From Candidatus Acidiferrales bacterium (GTDB taxonomy: Bacteria; Acidobacteriota; Terriglobia; Acidiferrales; UBA7541), in contig DATNLT010000049.1 of NCBI GenBank assembly GCA_035602725.1, positions 2,524 to 66,523 on the forward strand: a DNA stretch of 64,000 bases, in the 5' to 3' direction. Shown piece by piece: positions 45,076 to 54,446 of this stretch. The notes below the pieces were generated by a model. That model saw only the letters and a program-made list of their open reading frames with translations, was not told the DNA's origin and did not search any database. The first letter of the stretch is position 1; each line of letters starts with the position of its first letter. The position numbers and the translations under genes were made by a program.

Positions 45076-46046
45076 TGCTCGAAAGTTTCCCCGCCAATCT
45101 GCGCCGTGCGATGTTTTTTGCGCGAAACGAAGCCGTTCAAGATGGTTCCCCCTACATTGAATGCCGCCACCTTCTCTTGGGGCTGCTCCGGCAAATGCCG
45201 ACGCTCGCCGCGCACATCGCAGTTCGAGAGGACCAAATCCGTCGCGGTCGGATCCAAGAGGTCACCGACCCTGAGCGAGAGGGCGCGGTGGCCACGGCGC
45301 CGGAATTGCCTCTCTCCTCCAATGCGAAGACGGCCATGCATCTAGCTGCCGCCGCGGCCGACCAGGTAGGGGCTTCGGAGATCGGCGCCGAGCACCTGCT
45401 CTGCGGGTTATTTCTCGCGGATACCGAGCTTCGCTCGGACCTCGAAACAGCCGGCTTGACGCAGGAAAAGTTGACCGAATTGCTGCCGGGGCTGATGCAC
45501 GGCATTCGGAAATCTACGAATAGCGCACCGACAGAGCCGGGCGAATCTCTTCGCCAGCCGCCAACACAAAACCGAGTCCGCTGCGGAATTGGCTACGATC
45601 TTCACCGATTGCACGCGGGCCGGAAAATGATGATCGGCGGTATTGAAGTGCCGTTCGACCGCGGGCCCGTGGGGCATTCTGATGGCGATGTCCTGGTCCA
45701 CGCACTTTGTGATGCGCTCCTTGGCGCCGCCGCTTTGGGGGATATCGGCACACATTTCCCGGATACCGACCCGAAGTGGAAAGACGCAGCTAGCCTTTCG
45801 TTCCTCGTACACGTACGAGAACTGCTCGCCGATCGAAAAATCGAGATCGTTTTCATCGACGCAGTTGTCATCACCGAGCGCCCGAAGCTCGCCCCACACT
45901 TTCCGAAAATGCGGGTGGCTCTCGCAGGTTCGCTGGGGATTGAGACGGATCGCATCAATCTAAAAGCAAAGACGAACGAAGGCATGGACGCCATCGGACG
46001 CGGCGAAGCCATCGCAGCGCACGTCTTGGCCACTTTGCAGGGTTGA
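45072..46046 (+). CDS. ispF: fusion protein: double Clp_N (Clp R) repeat domain + 2-C-methyl-D-erythritol 2,4-cyclodiphosphate synthase
   Basis: The N-terminus carries LRRAMFFARNEAVQDGSPYIECRHLLLGLL and AKTAMHLAAAAADQVGASEIGAEHLLCGLF, which are two Clp_N-type repeats. The C-terminus is IGYDLHRL...GHSDGDVLVHALCDALLGAAALGDIGTHFPDTDP (IspF). It is a single uninterrupted ORF whose start overlaps the ispD stop. Confidence 0.85.
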   Translation: MMLESFPANLRRAMFFARNEAVQDGSPYIECRHLLLGLLRQMPTLAAHIAVREDQIRRGRIQEVTDPEREGAVATAPELPLSSNAKTAMHLAAAAADQVGASEIGAEHLLCGLFLADTELRSDLETAGLTQEKLTELLPGLMHGIRKSTNSAPTEPGESLRQPPTQNRVRCGIGYDLHRLHAGRKMMIGGIEVPFDRGPVGHSDGDVLVHALCDALLGAAALGDIGTHFPDTDPKWKDAASLSFLVHVRELLADRKIEIVFIDAVVITERPKLAPHFPKMRVALAGSLGIETDRINLKAKTNEGMDAIGRGEAIAAHVLATLQG

Positions 46047-46049
46047 ATC

Positions 46050-46604
46050 GTGATGATGACCGTCGGCGATTCGGTACCGTCCGGCGAGCCTCGAGCGAAC
46101 CCGTACGTCGCTTCGGATGTTGAAGCAATTCTTGTGGAGCGTGGCTGGCTGGACATTTCGCTTCGGTGCGAAGCGCAAGAATGGATCACGCTCGCGGTTC
46201 GCCTGCTCGGCCCTCACGCCTCCGATCGCGCCGCACTCGGCGAACTCGTCAGCCTATGTTTCGAGTATGACGCTCGAAGCATTTTAAGCGCGGCCGCGAC
46301 GCACGCGGTGCTGGCGCGCGAAGGCGCCCGCGAAGTGATCCGCGCGTTAGCCCTGGAAACGATTGCGGCGGAGCCTGTGGATTCGGACCGATTCCGCATG
46401 ATTGTAGAGGCCATCAAAGCCCGCGTCCCGTATCGAAGTAGATTGCTTTTTCATCCGATCCGGCTGACGTTAACAGGACGTGCGGGAGAAGGGGAACTCG
46501 ACCGGGTAATTCTGTTACTTGACGCTGCCGCGCACACGCTCGGGCTGGCGCCCGTCAAAACCGTGCGGCGGCGCATACTCGAATTCTGTTCTACGCTGGA
46601 CTGA
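46050..46604 (+). CDS. stand-alone glutamyl-tRNA synthetase anticodon-binding (C-terminal) domain-like protein
   Basis: FRMIVEAIKARVPYRSRLLFHPIRLTLTGRAGEGELDRVILLLD resembles the GluRS C-terminal block (...GKxLFMPIRVAxTGxxHGPEL...). No catalytic Rossmann domain (HIGH/KMSKS) is present. The gene starts 3 nt after ispF. Confidence 0.55.
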   Translation: MMMTVGDSVPSGEPRANPYVASDVEAILVERGWLDISLRCEAQEWITLAVRLLGPHASDRAALGELVSLCFEYDARSILSAAATHAVLAREGAREVIRALALETIAAEPVDSDRFRMIVEAIKARVPYRSRLLFHPIRLTLTGRAGEGELDRVILLLDAAAHTLGLAPVKTVRRRILEFCSTLD

Positions 46605-46610
46605 GGAACG

Positions 46611-47351
46611 ATGGACCGCTTAACCGGTATTCACGCGGTGAAAGAGGCTCTCGAAAGCGGTCGTGCGCTCGAGCGCATTGTGATCGCGCGCGGACGCCAC
46701 GGCGACCGTATGGAAGAAATCGTGGCCCGCGCCAGGGAGCGCGGCGTTCCGGTACGATTTGAAGAACGGAGCCAATTGGATCGTTTGGCGGGGGGCTCGC
46801 AGCACCAGGGTATCGTTGCCCTGACTTCGGCAAAACAAGCGGGAAGTCTCGAAGACATTCTCGTGGCCTCATCTCGATCCGATCGGCCGGGAATACTTGT
46901 GCTGTTGGATGGAGTGGAAGATCCCCACAATCTCGGCGCAATTCTGCGGTCGGCGCTCGCAGCGGGCGCCGCGGCTGTAATTGTTCCGGAGCGTCGAGCT
47001 GCCGGGCTGGGAGATACCGTTGCGCGAGCGGCAGCGGGGGCGCTCGAGCATATTCCGGTGGCGCGCGTGGTGAACATTGCGCGGGCGATGGAAGATTTGA
47101 AGAAGGCAGGATACTGGCTGGTTGGGCTGGACGAACGAGCGGAGCGTGAGGTCAGTGCGGTCGATCTTACCGGGGCAATCGGTCTGGTGCTGGGCGGTGA
47201 AGGTGGCGGATTGCACGAACTCGTGCGAAAGCGCTGCGACTTCCTGGCTTCGATTCCGACCACGGGTCCCCTGCGTTCTCTTAACGTCTCCGTGGCGGCA
47301 GGAATCGTGTTGTTTGAAGCAGTGCGTCAGCGGCGAGCAAAAGCTCGCTGA
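46611..47351 (+). CDS. rlmB: 23S rRNA (guanosine-2'-O-)-methyltransferase RlmB (SpoU/TrmH family)
   Basis: GIHAVKEALESGR, QHQGIVA, and the SpoU motifs LLDGVEDPHNLGAILRSA and SLNVSVAAGIVLFE. Confidence 0.85.
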   Translation: MDRLTGIHAVKEALESGRALERIVIARGRHGDRMEEIVARARERGVPVRFEERSQLDRLAGGSQHQGIVALTSAKQAGSLEDILVASSRSDRPGILVLLDGVEDPHNLGAILRSALAAGAAAVIVPERRAAGLGDTVARAAAGALEHIPVARVVNIARAMEDLKKAGYWLVGLDERAEREVSAVDLTGAIGLVLGGEGGGLHELVRKRCDFLASIPTTGPLRSLNVSVAAGIVLFEAVRQRRAKAR

Positions 47352-47391
47352 CCATACGAAGTGGCTCGCTAGGCGAAATTTTCGTTCGGCA

Positions 47392-47913
47392 CTATTTGTC
47401 GTATTGCATTAAGGAAAAAACGTCCAGCCCGGGCAGTTTCTTGCGTCCGTTCAGAAAGCTAAGTTCCACAGCAAATGCCGCTCCGGTCACTTCGCCGCCC
47501 ATTTGTCGCACCAGTTTCACGGTCGCCGCAGCGGTTCCTCCCGTTGCAAGCAGGTCGTCGCAAATGATTACACGCTGGCCGCGGGTGATGGCGTCCTCGT
47601 GAATTTCGAGCGTATCGGTACCATACTCCAGGTCATACGTTACTTTCGCGGTGCTTGCCGGAAGTTTCTTTGGCTTCCGAACGGGAACAAAACCCGCTCC
47701 AAGCGAATATGCGAGTGCTGGAGCGAAAATGAACCCGCGTGCCTCAATTCCTACCACGATATCCACATGGGCGTTCGCATAGTGCGCGCAAAGGTTATCG
47801 ATTAGGGAATGGAAACCCTGCTTGTCCTTTAGCAGCGTGGTGACGTCGTAAAAGAGGATTCCGGGCTTGGGGTAGTCTGGAATCTCGCGAATCAGTTGTT
47901 TTAAGTTGTCCAT
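47392..47913 (-). CDS. apt: adenine phosphoribosyltransferase
   Basis: [21 protein letters not shown], with the PRPP motif [14 protein letters not shown]. Confidence 0.92.
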   Translation of the reverse strand: MDNLKQLIREIPDYPKPGILFYDVTTLLKDKQGFHSLIDNLCAHYANAHVDIVVGIEARGFIFAPALAYSLGAGFVPVRKPKKLPASTAKVTYDLEYGTDTLEIHEDAITRGQRVIICDDLLATGGTAAATVKLVRQMGGEVTGAAFAVELSFLNGRKKLPGLDVFSLMQYDK

Positions 47914-47949
47914 TCAGTTCGGGTGCTCCTCGCACTTGCCTGCTTAATC

Positions 47950-48234
47950 TTACGATTCGATGGAAAAGCCGGCGCTAAATTGCGCCAGTACGTCTGCATC
48001 TTCTGTGGCTATGTTCTCTACGCTGGCCCCGCTCGGTCCCTGTCGCAAGTCGCGCGCAAAGTTTTTTAACTGTTCAGCCGATCCGATCGCGTAGACTTCC
48101 ACACGGCCATCGGACAAGTTCTTCGCATATCCGCCAATTCCCAGTTTTGCGGCCGCGCGTCGCGCAAAGAAGCGAAAGCCGACACCTTGCACCAGCCCGG
48201 AAATATAGAAGCGCTTTGCCAAGGGTGCCGTCAC
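47950..48234 (-). CDS. acyP: acylphosphatase
   Basis: SGLVQGVGFRFFARRAAAKLGIGGYAKNLSDGRVEV. The length is 94 aa. Confidence 0.88.
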   Translation of the reverse strand: MTAPLAKRFYISGLVQGVGFRFFARRAAAKLGIGGYAKNLSDGRVEVYAIGSAEQLKNFARDLRQGPSGASVENIATEDADVLAQFSAGFSIES

Positions 48235-48340
48235 GTGCAGCGGGGCATTCTACCAAAGCGTGTACGCTCGCCGAAGGCGTGGAGCTTGCCGTGTTCGAGT
48301 TCGATCGCCGCTCGTGTAAGATGCTGGTCAGGTAGCGCCG

Positions 48341-51300
48341 ATGGAACATTCGGGCACAATTCCCATGCGGAAATGGATGTTGTTTGTTGCCTCGGTATTC
48401 ATGTTGCTACTTTACGGCCGCGCACCGAGCCAGGGTCAGGACATGGGTACCCGTATCGCATCTACTATGCGGGAGCGTTCTGATCAACGACCGGGCGCGT
48501 ACGTTGTCCGTGTGAAGGGTTACGCGGAGCTACAGGTGGATGGCCAGCCTTTTTTTGTTTACGCTGCCGCATTCCCCTACTACGGCGTACCGCACGACCT
48601 CTGGGCCTCTTCCCTCGATCGTTATCGAGAATTGGGAATCAATACAATTGAATTGCGTATCCCCTGGAACTGGCACGAACCTCAGGAAGGCGAATTTGAT
48701 TTTGATGGACACACCGCACCGGGACGGGATTTGCGGGGCCTATTGCGATTGATCGCCGTCAAAGGCTTTAAGCTTATCCTTAGGCCAGGACCAATCGGCG
48801 GTGGTGGATGGCGCAACGCCGGATATCCTAGTTGGCTTCTCGCCAAACGTGAATTCGATACCGCATCGACCGCACGCGTTACAGGCGAGTCGCCTACAAA
48901 CGTCCCTGAAGGGAGCGCGGGTTCGACCGGTTCGAGCGTGCTTGGCAATCGGGAATTAACCCGGGTCAGGACTCTTTGGCTTTCGGCGCTGGCGCGTGAG
49001 ATTAGTTCTTACAATGGACCCGAGAAGGGGAGCAAACCGGACATCGCTCGATCCAATCCGCCTCTCTGCGTCGTGATGGACCAACCCATCGGGCTGGACG
49101 TCGAATCGTCCATACCAGACGATACATACTTGGTGAATTCACGAGCAGCTTGGACTGCCGGCGGACCTGATCCGCCGTGTTTTGCGGGCGCGATTCGGGC
49201 CGTAACCACAGCCGATGCATCGATACCCGAGTCCTTCCCAATGGCCGGGCAATGGCGGGTAAGCGACTTAGACGCTAATACGCCGGACGGAACTGAATCT
49301 GCAGGGCTCGTGCAGCCACCAGGGATCGAGGCTCTCCTTCGTTTCGCAGAATTTTTGGAAGTCCGTCCGCAATTTCCTGTGTTGATGCTTGACTTGAGCG
49401 GTGCAGATTCGCCTGGGGATGGTCCGCTGGCCACAAACCTACCAGACGATCTTCTTTTGACGTCTCGATCGTTCCTGGCGGAAGGGGCGCGAGGAATCGA
49501 CTTCGAGCCGTTTCAGCAAACCCTCATCCCGCCAGGCTACGAAACGACCGTTTCCACCACCGATTCCGCGCCTACCGCCGTACTGGGCCTTTTGGGCGAT
49601 TCATTGCCCGCCGCAGAAGCCGTGCAACGCAATGGTAATCTGATTCGTCGCTCGGGTAACTTTCTGGCCAGCTCACATCCCCGGACGATCCTGGGTCTTT
49701 TGGATCTCCGAAATAGTCTTGCTATAACGCATTCGGCCGGGACGCGCAGCAACCAAATGATCGAAGCGGCAAACGATTCGCTTCACCAGGCGCAGACAGT
49801 TGCCAATTTGGCGGATATAGCTAGTGACGTGTCCGATCCAATACAGCAACCGGCGGAATCTCTCTTCCGCGATCCAGTACTGCTCGTCGTTGTGCCGCCT
49901 GAGATACGTGATGTTCCTCTGTCCGATGCGGCGCAGCTAGCGTTGCTCGATTATGTGCGTCGCGGTGGCATCCTCGTTTGCGATCCTCAGCTACCAGCGG
50001 GAGAGGACCTTGAGAAGGCAGTACCGGCTAACGAAATGACGGAAGCTGGTGATGGGGTTCGCTCGTACGAGTTTGGCTCAGGCCGGGTCGTTGTTTGGGA
50101 CAAAGACTTTTATTCATGGATCAAGCCTGGACAACAAGGCCAACCCCAAGTGGATGAATCACAGACTACCGAAGCAATTCGCGCACTAAGAGCATTATTG
50201 CGAGGGCAGGGTGTCAGCACGCCGGTCGTTCGTTCCAGCCAGGAAACGCCCGCGGCATGGTTTTTCCGGGAACTCTTGCCGGACGCCGAGACCGAGCCCT
50301 TCGGCGTGATTCGCTCCGATTGTCATCCTGGGCAGGATTGCGCCGAAGGCTTGCTCAGCGTATCCAACTGGAGCGATCGCCGGGTGCAAAACAAGCTGCA
50401 GGTCTTAATGCCAACAACCAATGTGCGCATGGCCACGCCCAAAGACTACGTCGAGCTGCCTCTTGAATTAAGCGCCCGCGAGTCTCTGATGCTGCCTCTA
50501 AATACGCCTCTTTGCTCAGCAGCCAGCTCGGACAAATCCTGCACCGACCGCGTGATCGCGGCCGGTGGCGAACTTACGGCTTTTGTGCGTGACGACAAAG
50601 TCTTGGAACTCACGTTTTTTGCGCCCTCGAAAGCTACCATCGTGCTGCACCTGGAGGCTCCGCCACGAAAGGTGGAGCTGTTGGGAAACATGCCGGAAAA
50701 GTTTGTGTATCAACCGCCAGGGTTCCCGCATGAGCCGCCGCCACCACCGATTCCCGAATCGGAGCGCAATTTGGAGGGCGTATATACCAACGAAACCGGC
50801 GTCTTCCAATTCGAAATCCCTCGCGGTCCAGCGCCTAATTATTTACGGACCGTCCGGCTGCACTTGCCCTATGTGCCGCACGTAACGGTGGCGCCAAAGG
50901 CATCGAAGCAAGCAAAGCGCGGCTACACCTATTCGGTGATAGGTTCGCTGCGGCTCCCGATCGGGCAAGGCGAGTGGTTGCCCGGTGATCCGCCCATGGT
51001 CGCGCTTGACGCTCTGCGCAATGGCCGCCTTGCGCTCAATATTCAGAATCTCGATGATGCCGCCTTGACGTTACATGTGGATGTGAGCGGGGCCGCGATC
51101 GCCACGAAAACCTTACGGCTTGAACCTAAAGAGGATGGCGTATTTTCCATTGACCTGCACTCCGGAGGGACGAAGGCCCCAGATGAAGAGGGAGTTCTGC
51201 ACGGCGATGTTCAAATCTCTTCAAACACCGAAGCGGGACATTTACCGGTGAAATTCGTGATCATTGGCGGCGATGCCGCGGCCGGATACCGCTATGACCT

Positions 51301-52027
51301 TGCGCGTTCGGGTTCGCCCGATTGGATCTTGGAAAACGATCGCCTTCGAATCATCGTTGCGCCTGCGGCAGGCGGACGAATGCTTGCGCTTACGGACAAG
51401 TCAACGCCAGCAAATGCTACCGGTTCTCTTGGCGCCCTGCGCGATCTTGTGGCAATTTCCGGCAATTCAGCTTCAGAGGACCTTACGTTCAACCTGCCGT
51501 ACCTCGCGCAATGGCAAGACCAGCGAGACAATCCTGCAATTCGGATGACCGGGCAATTTCCTGCAGGTGGGCCCGTTTCCGGCGAAATCGAGAAAACCAT
51601 CAGTCTTCGTGGTTCGAATACTGTGCACCTGGAATACGAGATTCGTTTGCTTCCTGCTCCAAGTCTCGGCGGGCGTGAGAGTTCTTTCCCCGCCCTCACC
51701 ACCGCCTTTTCCGTGCCCGCCTTCGAAGGCGATACCTTAGGTACGCAATTTTGCTGGTCTCCACCCGGGGCTATTCCATCGGCGCCTGTCGTTATGCATT
51801 GCGAATCGTTTACGGCAAATGGAGCGCCTATCATCATCCCGGAGCACATTTCTCAGTTGCAGGTCAGGACGGCGAGCCAGCCTCCTATCACGATGATTTG
51901 GAAAGAGGGGCGAACCGTGATTAGGCCCCTTCGCCATTCCGCACAGCTTCTGCTGGAGTTTCCAGTTCCTGCTACCGACCGTCCAGGACCTTATTCTGTG
52001 GACTATATTGTGGGCACGATGCAGTGA
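48341..52027 (+). CDS. large secreted protein with N-terminal GH35-like (beta-galactosidase-type) TIM-barrel start; the remainder is unassigned
   Basis: LQVDGQPFFVYAAAFPYYGVPHDLWASSLDRYRELGINTIELRIPWNWHEPQEGEFDFDGH...KLILRPGPIGGGGWRNAGYPSWLL parallels the GH35 N-terminal blocks. It has a signal peptide (MRKWMLFVASVFMLLLYG). The start is 48341 or 48365. Confidence 0.6.
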   Translation: MEHSGTIPMRKWMLFVASVFMLLLYGRAPSQGQDMGTRIASTMRERSDQRPGAYVVRVKGYAELQVDGQPFFVYAAAFPYYGVPHDLWASSLDRYRELGINTIELRIPWNWHEPQEGEFDFDGHTAPGRDLRGLLRLIAVKGFKLILRPGPIGGGGWRNAGYPSWLLAKREFDTASTARVTGESPTNVPEGSAGSTGSSVLGNRELTRVRTLWLSALAREISSYNGPEKGSKPDIARSNPPLCVVMDQPIGLDVESSIPDDTYLVNSRAAWTAGGPDPPCFAGAIRAVTTADASIPESFPMAGQWRVSDLDANTPDGTESAGLVQPPGIEALLRFAEFLEVRPQFPVLMLDLSGADSPGDGPLATNLPDDLLLTSRSFLAEGARGIDFEPFQQTLIPPGYETTVSTTDSAPTAVLGLLGDSLPAAEAVQRNGNLIRRSGNFLASSHPRTILGLLDLRNSLAITHSAGTRSNQMIEAANDSLHQAQTVANLADIASDVSDPIQQPAESLFRDPVLLVVVPPEIRDVPLSDAAQLALLDYVRRGGILVCDPQLPAGEDLEKAVPANEMTEAGDGVRSYEFGSGRVVVWDKDFYSWIKPGQQGQPQVDESQTTEAIRALRALLRGQGVSTPVVRSSQETPAAWFFRELLPDAETEPFGVIRSDCHPGQDCAEGLLSVSNWSDRRVQNKLQVLMPTTNVRMATPKDYVELPLELSARESLMLPLNTPLCSAASSDKSCTDRVIAAGGELTAFVRDDKVLELTFFAPSKATIVLHLEAPPRKVELLGNMPEKFVYQPPGFPHEPPPPPIPESERNLEGVYTNETGVFQFEIPRGPAPNYLRTVRLHLPYVPHVTVAPKASKQAKRGYTYSVIGSLRLPIGQGEWLPGDPPMVALDALRNGRLALNIQNLDDAALTLHVDVSGAAIATKTLRLEPKEDGVFSIDLHSGGTKAPDEEGVLHGDVQISSNTEAGHLPVKFVIIGGDAAAGYRYDLARSGSPDWILENDRLRIIVAPAAGGRMLALTDKSTPANATGSLGALRDLVAISGNSASEDLTFNLPYLAQWQDQRDNPAIRMTGQFPAGGPVSGEIEKTISLRGSNTVHLEYEIRLLPAPSLGGRESSFPALTTAFSVPAFEGDTLGTQFCWSPPGAIPSAPVVMHCESFTANGAPIIIPEHISQLQVRTASQPPITMIWKEGRTVIRPLRHSAQLLLEFPVPATDRPGPYSVDYIVGTMQ

Positions 52028-52094
52028 TTTTGTAGGGAGCGTTTGGCTTGCCTTCGAGTGAACCTAAGAACTCGAGAGAGCATCTAAGTTGACT

Positions 52095-52964
52095 ATGCAA
52101 TTCCGCAATAATCGAAGATCGTTCTTCGGTCTCGTCTTTTCATTTCTTCTAGCCACCGTTTGTGCCATTCCAACAGTCGCACAGGTCCGGGCTGGGCCCG
52201 TGCCCAATTCCGGAAATACTCCCGTAGTGTTGTTGCCGTCGCAGCCAAACTCCGCTCCACCGCCCGTTCCGCCCGAACAGATCATCCAGCGGTTCAGCCA
52301 GCGCGAAGATGCGATGCTAAAAGCGCGCACCGGCTACACCTATCGAAAAATCGTGCGCGTGGAAGAACTCGACGACAACGGACAAACTACCGGGAAATTC
52401 GAGCTCGCCAGCCAAGCGTACTTCGGGCCGGACGGCAAGCTCTACGAACAAGGCGTAAGCCATCCTGCGTCCACGATGCAGATATTCAATATTCAGCCGG
52501 AGGATACCGATATTCTGTGGCGTATTCCGATGTTTCCGTTGCTCTCTTCGCAGTTACCAAAGTATGACGTCACTTATATCGGAACAGAAAAGCTGGACGA
52601 GTTGACGACTTATATGTTTCAGGTCCATCCAAAACAAGTGGAGCGAACCATCGCGCTCTTCGATGGCGTCCTGTGGGTGGACAACGAAGATTTTGTTATT
52701 GTGAAGACGACCGGTAAATGGATTACAGAACTTGGTGAAGTCAGCTCTCCGCGATTTCCGTTTACGGTTTTCGACACCTACCGCGAGAATGTTGCTAGCA
52801 AGGATTGGTTTCCCGCCTACGTGCGCTCGGATGCCAGTGTCCCGGCCAAGCAAGGACCCGTGCATATTCGCCTGACGATCCTCTGGCAGGACTACAAGCC
52901 TGGGACGGTAGCAAAGCCGGCGTCGCCCGGCGCTTCACAGCCTCAGCATACTTCGCGTCCGTAG
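52095..52964 (+). CDS. hypothetical secreted protein (possibly LolA-like/outer-membrane lipoprotein-sorting fold)
   Basis: ORF 52089..52964, with ATG at 52095. The signal peptide is FFGLVFSFLLATVCAIPTVAQ. The body is beta-rich (YTYRKIVRVEELDDNGQTTGKFEL...LWVDNEDFVIVKTTGKW). Confidence 0.5.
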   Translation: MQFRNNRRSFFGLVFSFLLATVCAIPTVAQVRAGPVPNSGNTPVVLLPSQPNSAPPPVPPEQIIQRFSQREDAMLKARTGYTYRKIVRVEELDDNGQTTGKFELASQAYFGPDGKLYEQGVSHPASTMQIFNIQPEDTDILWRIPMFPLLSSQLPKYDVTYIGTEKLDELTTYMFQVHPKQVERTIALFDGVLWVDNEDFVIVKTTGKWITELGEVSSPRFPFTVFDTYRENVASKDWFPAYVRSDASVPAKQGPVHIRLTILWQDYKPGTVAKPASPGASQPQHTSRP

Positions 52965-52966
52965 TC

Positions 52967-53608
52967 TTAACGAAAGAGCCCGGGCAACAGCCGGATAGAT
53001 TCCAGCAGGACGTCCGCGTGTGCCGCGCGCAGGCGTTCGTGCGTGGGAAACGGACCTAACACCGCTACCCTTCGGACACCGGAGCGCTGCGCCATCAGGA
53101 TGTCCTCCGGGGAGTCGCCTACGTACACGGCATCGCTCGGAGCAATCCGCAGATTGTGCAGAGCAAGCCTTAGCGGAGCCGGGTGCGGTTTGCGGTAAGC
53201 CGCGCTTTCGCTGTAGACCCGCGCGGCAAACAGGCGCGTCAGTCCGAACCCACTCAATTGCTGAAGAACTCGCGTCCGGCTGCCGCTGGTTACCAGACCT
53301 AATCGGAACAGGTTGCCCATCTTGCGAAGCACGGTCTTGGCGTGTGGCAGGAGCATCGGCCGCTGGCGCCGGTAATGCAGCCGCCACACGCGATCGGCTC
53401 TCTGCCAATGCGCACGTGGCAAGCGCGCCGCGCGATAGACGCGATACCAATCCGGCGAATAGTGACGCTCGAGATCTTCCACTCGCCACGGAATTCCCAT
53501 AGCGCGAAACATCGCGAGGTATGCCTTCTGGTCTGCCTGGTAGGAATCGAGCAGGGTGCCGTCCCAATCGAAGAGGACGGCGCGCACGTTTTCAAATCGC
53601 GGCGGCAT
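52967..53608 (-). CDS. HAD-superfamily hydrolase (phosphoglycolate phosphatase-like)
   Basis: Motif I is AVLFDWDGTLLDS, motif II is GLVTSGSR, and motif III/IV is VYVGDSPEDI. Confidence 0.8.
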   Translation of the reverse strand: MPPRFENVRAVLFDWDGTLLDSYQADQKAYLAMFRAMGIPWRVEDLERHYSPDWYRVYRAARLPRAHWQRADRVWRLHYRRQRPMLLPHAKTVLRKMGNLFRLGLVTSGSRTRVLQQLSGFGLTRLFAARVYSESAAYRKPHPAPLRLALHNLRIAPSDAVYVGDSPEDILMAQRSGVRRVAVLGPFPTHERLRAAHADVLLESIRLLPGLFR

Positions 53609-53668
53609 GTTTCAAGAATAGCAGCGAGGCGGCAACCAATGCTGCCACTCGTGCGAGATGGGAGAGCC

Positions 53669-54202
53669 TCAACTCGGCATGAAGCGTCGCGGCGGTAGGC
53701 TTGCGCGTTCGAACGTGATGTCGTCGAAATGGAATGCGAGCGCAAGCCAGCCGGGTTTTGCACTCGGCGCTACGCGTACCACGTGTGCTTGCGTGACCAT
53801 GTGCACGCAGCAGCGAGCCATCGTGCCGTGTAACACGCTAATTTCAAGATCAACGGGTGTATCGGCCGCAATCTTGAAGGGGATGTGTGCGAGCAAGCCA
53901 CTCGAGCTAATGTCGACCGTAAGGAACGCGCAGGCTTGGGTATCGCGGGATCCTGCGATTCTCAGAATGCGTAGGGGCAGACGAAGCTTTGCACGCGCGT
54001 AGGCGCGCCTTTCCACCAACCGAGGCACCGCCGCGCGCGCTATATGTGGCTGGTCGCCGGCCAGGGGCCATAGGTCTGGGGCCAGGCGGTTTGCAGAGTC
54101 TGAGATGGATTCATGGCTTTCTGTCACATTCGAGGCGTGGGGATTTGACGATTGCGATGCGGGATGAAGCTTGGACCTGGCTACCAGGCGCGCCGTAGGC
54201 AT
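53669..54202 (-). CDS. PilZ domain-containing protein
   Basis: RRAYAR (RxxxR) is followed by TVDISSSG (DxSxxG) about 30 residues later. Confidence 0.6.
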   Translation of the reverse strand: MPTARLVARSKLHPASQSSNPHASNVTESHESISDSANRLAPDLWPLAGDQPHIARAAVPRLVERRAYARAKLRLPLRILRIAGSRDTQACAFLTVDISSSGLLAHIPFKIAADTPVDLEISVLHGTMARCCVHMVTQAHVVRVAPSAKPGWLALAFHFDDITFERASLPPRRFMPS

Positions 54203-54446
54203 GATTCGTCCTCTCCTTCAAAAACGCTTCCGGCGCAGCGCCGAAAATATGACCCTCACCGCGAACCACGTCAACCACGGCAGTATCGAAGTGTCCAAAT
54301 CAACATCACAGCCTGACGCGCACTGCGATTCGGTGAATTTCCCGCCACCAAAATGGCTCTCGACGCCATGACGCAAGTTCTCTAATCTCGTTAAATTCCC
54401 AGGCCCTCTCGTTCGTTTAGAAAGGCCTGACCTAAAGTAAGATCGA

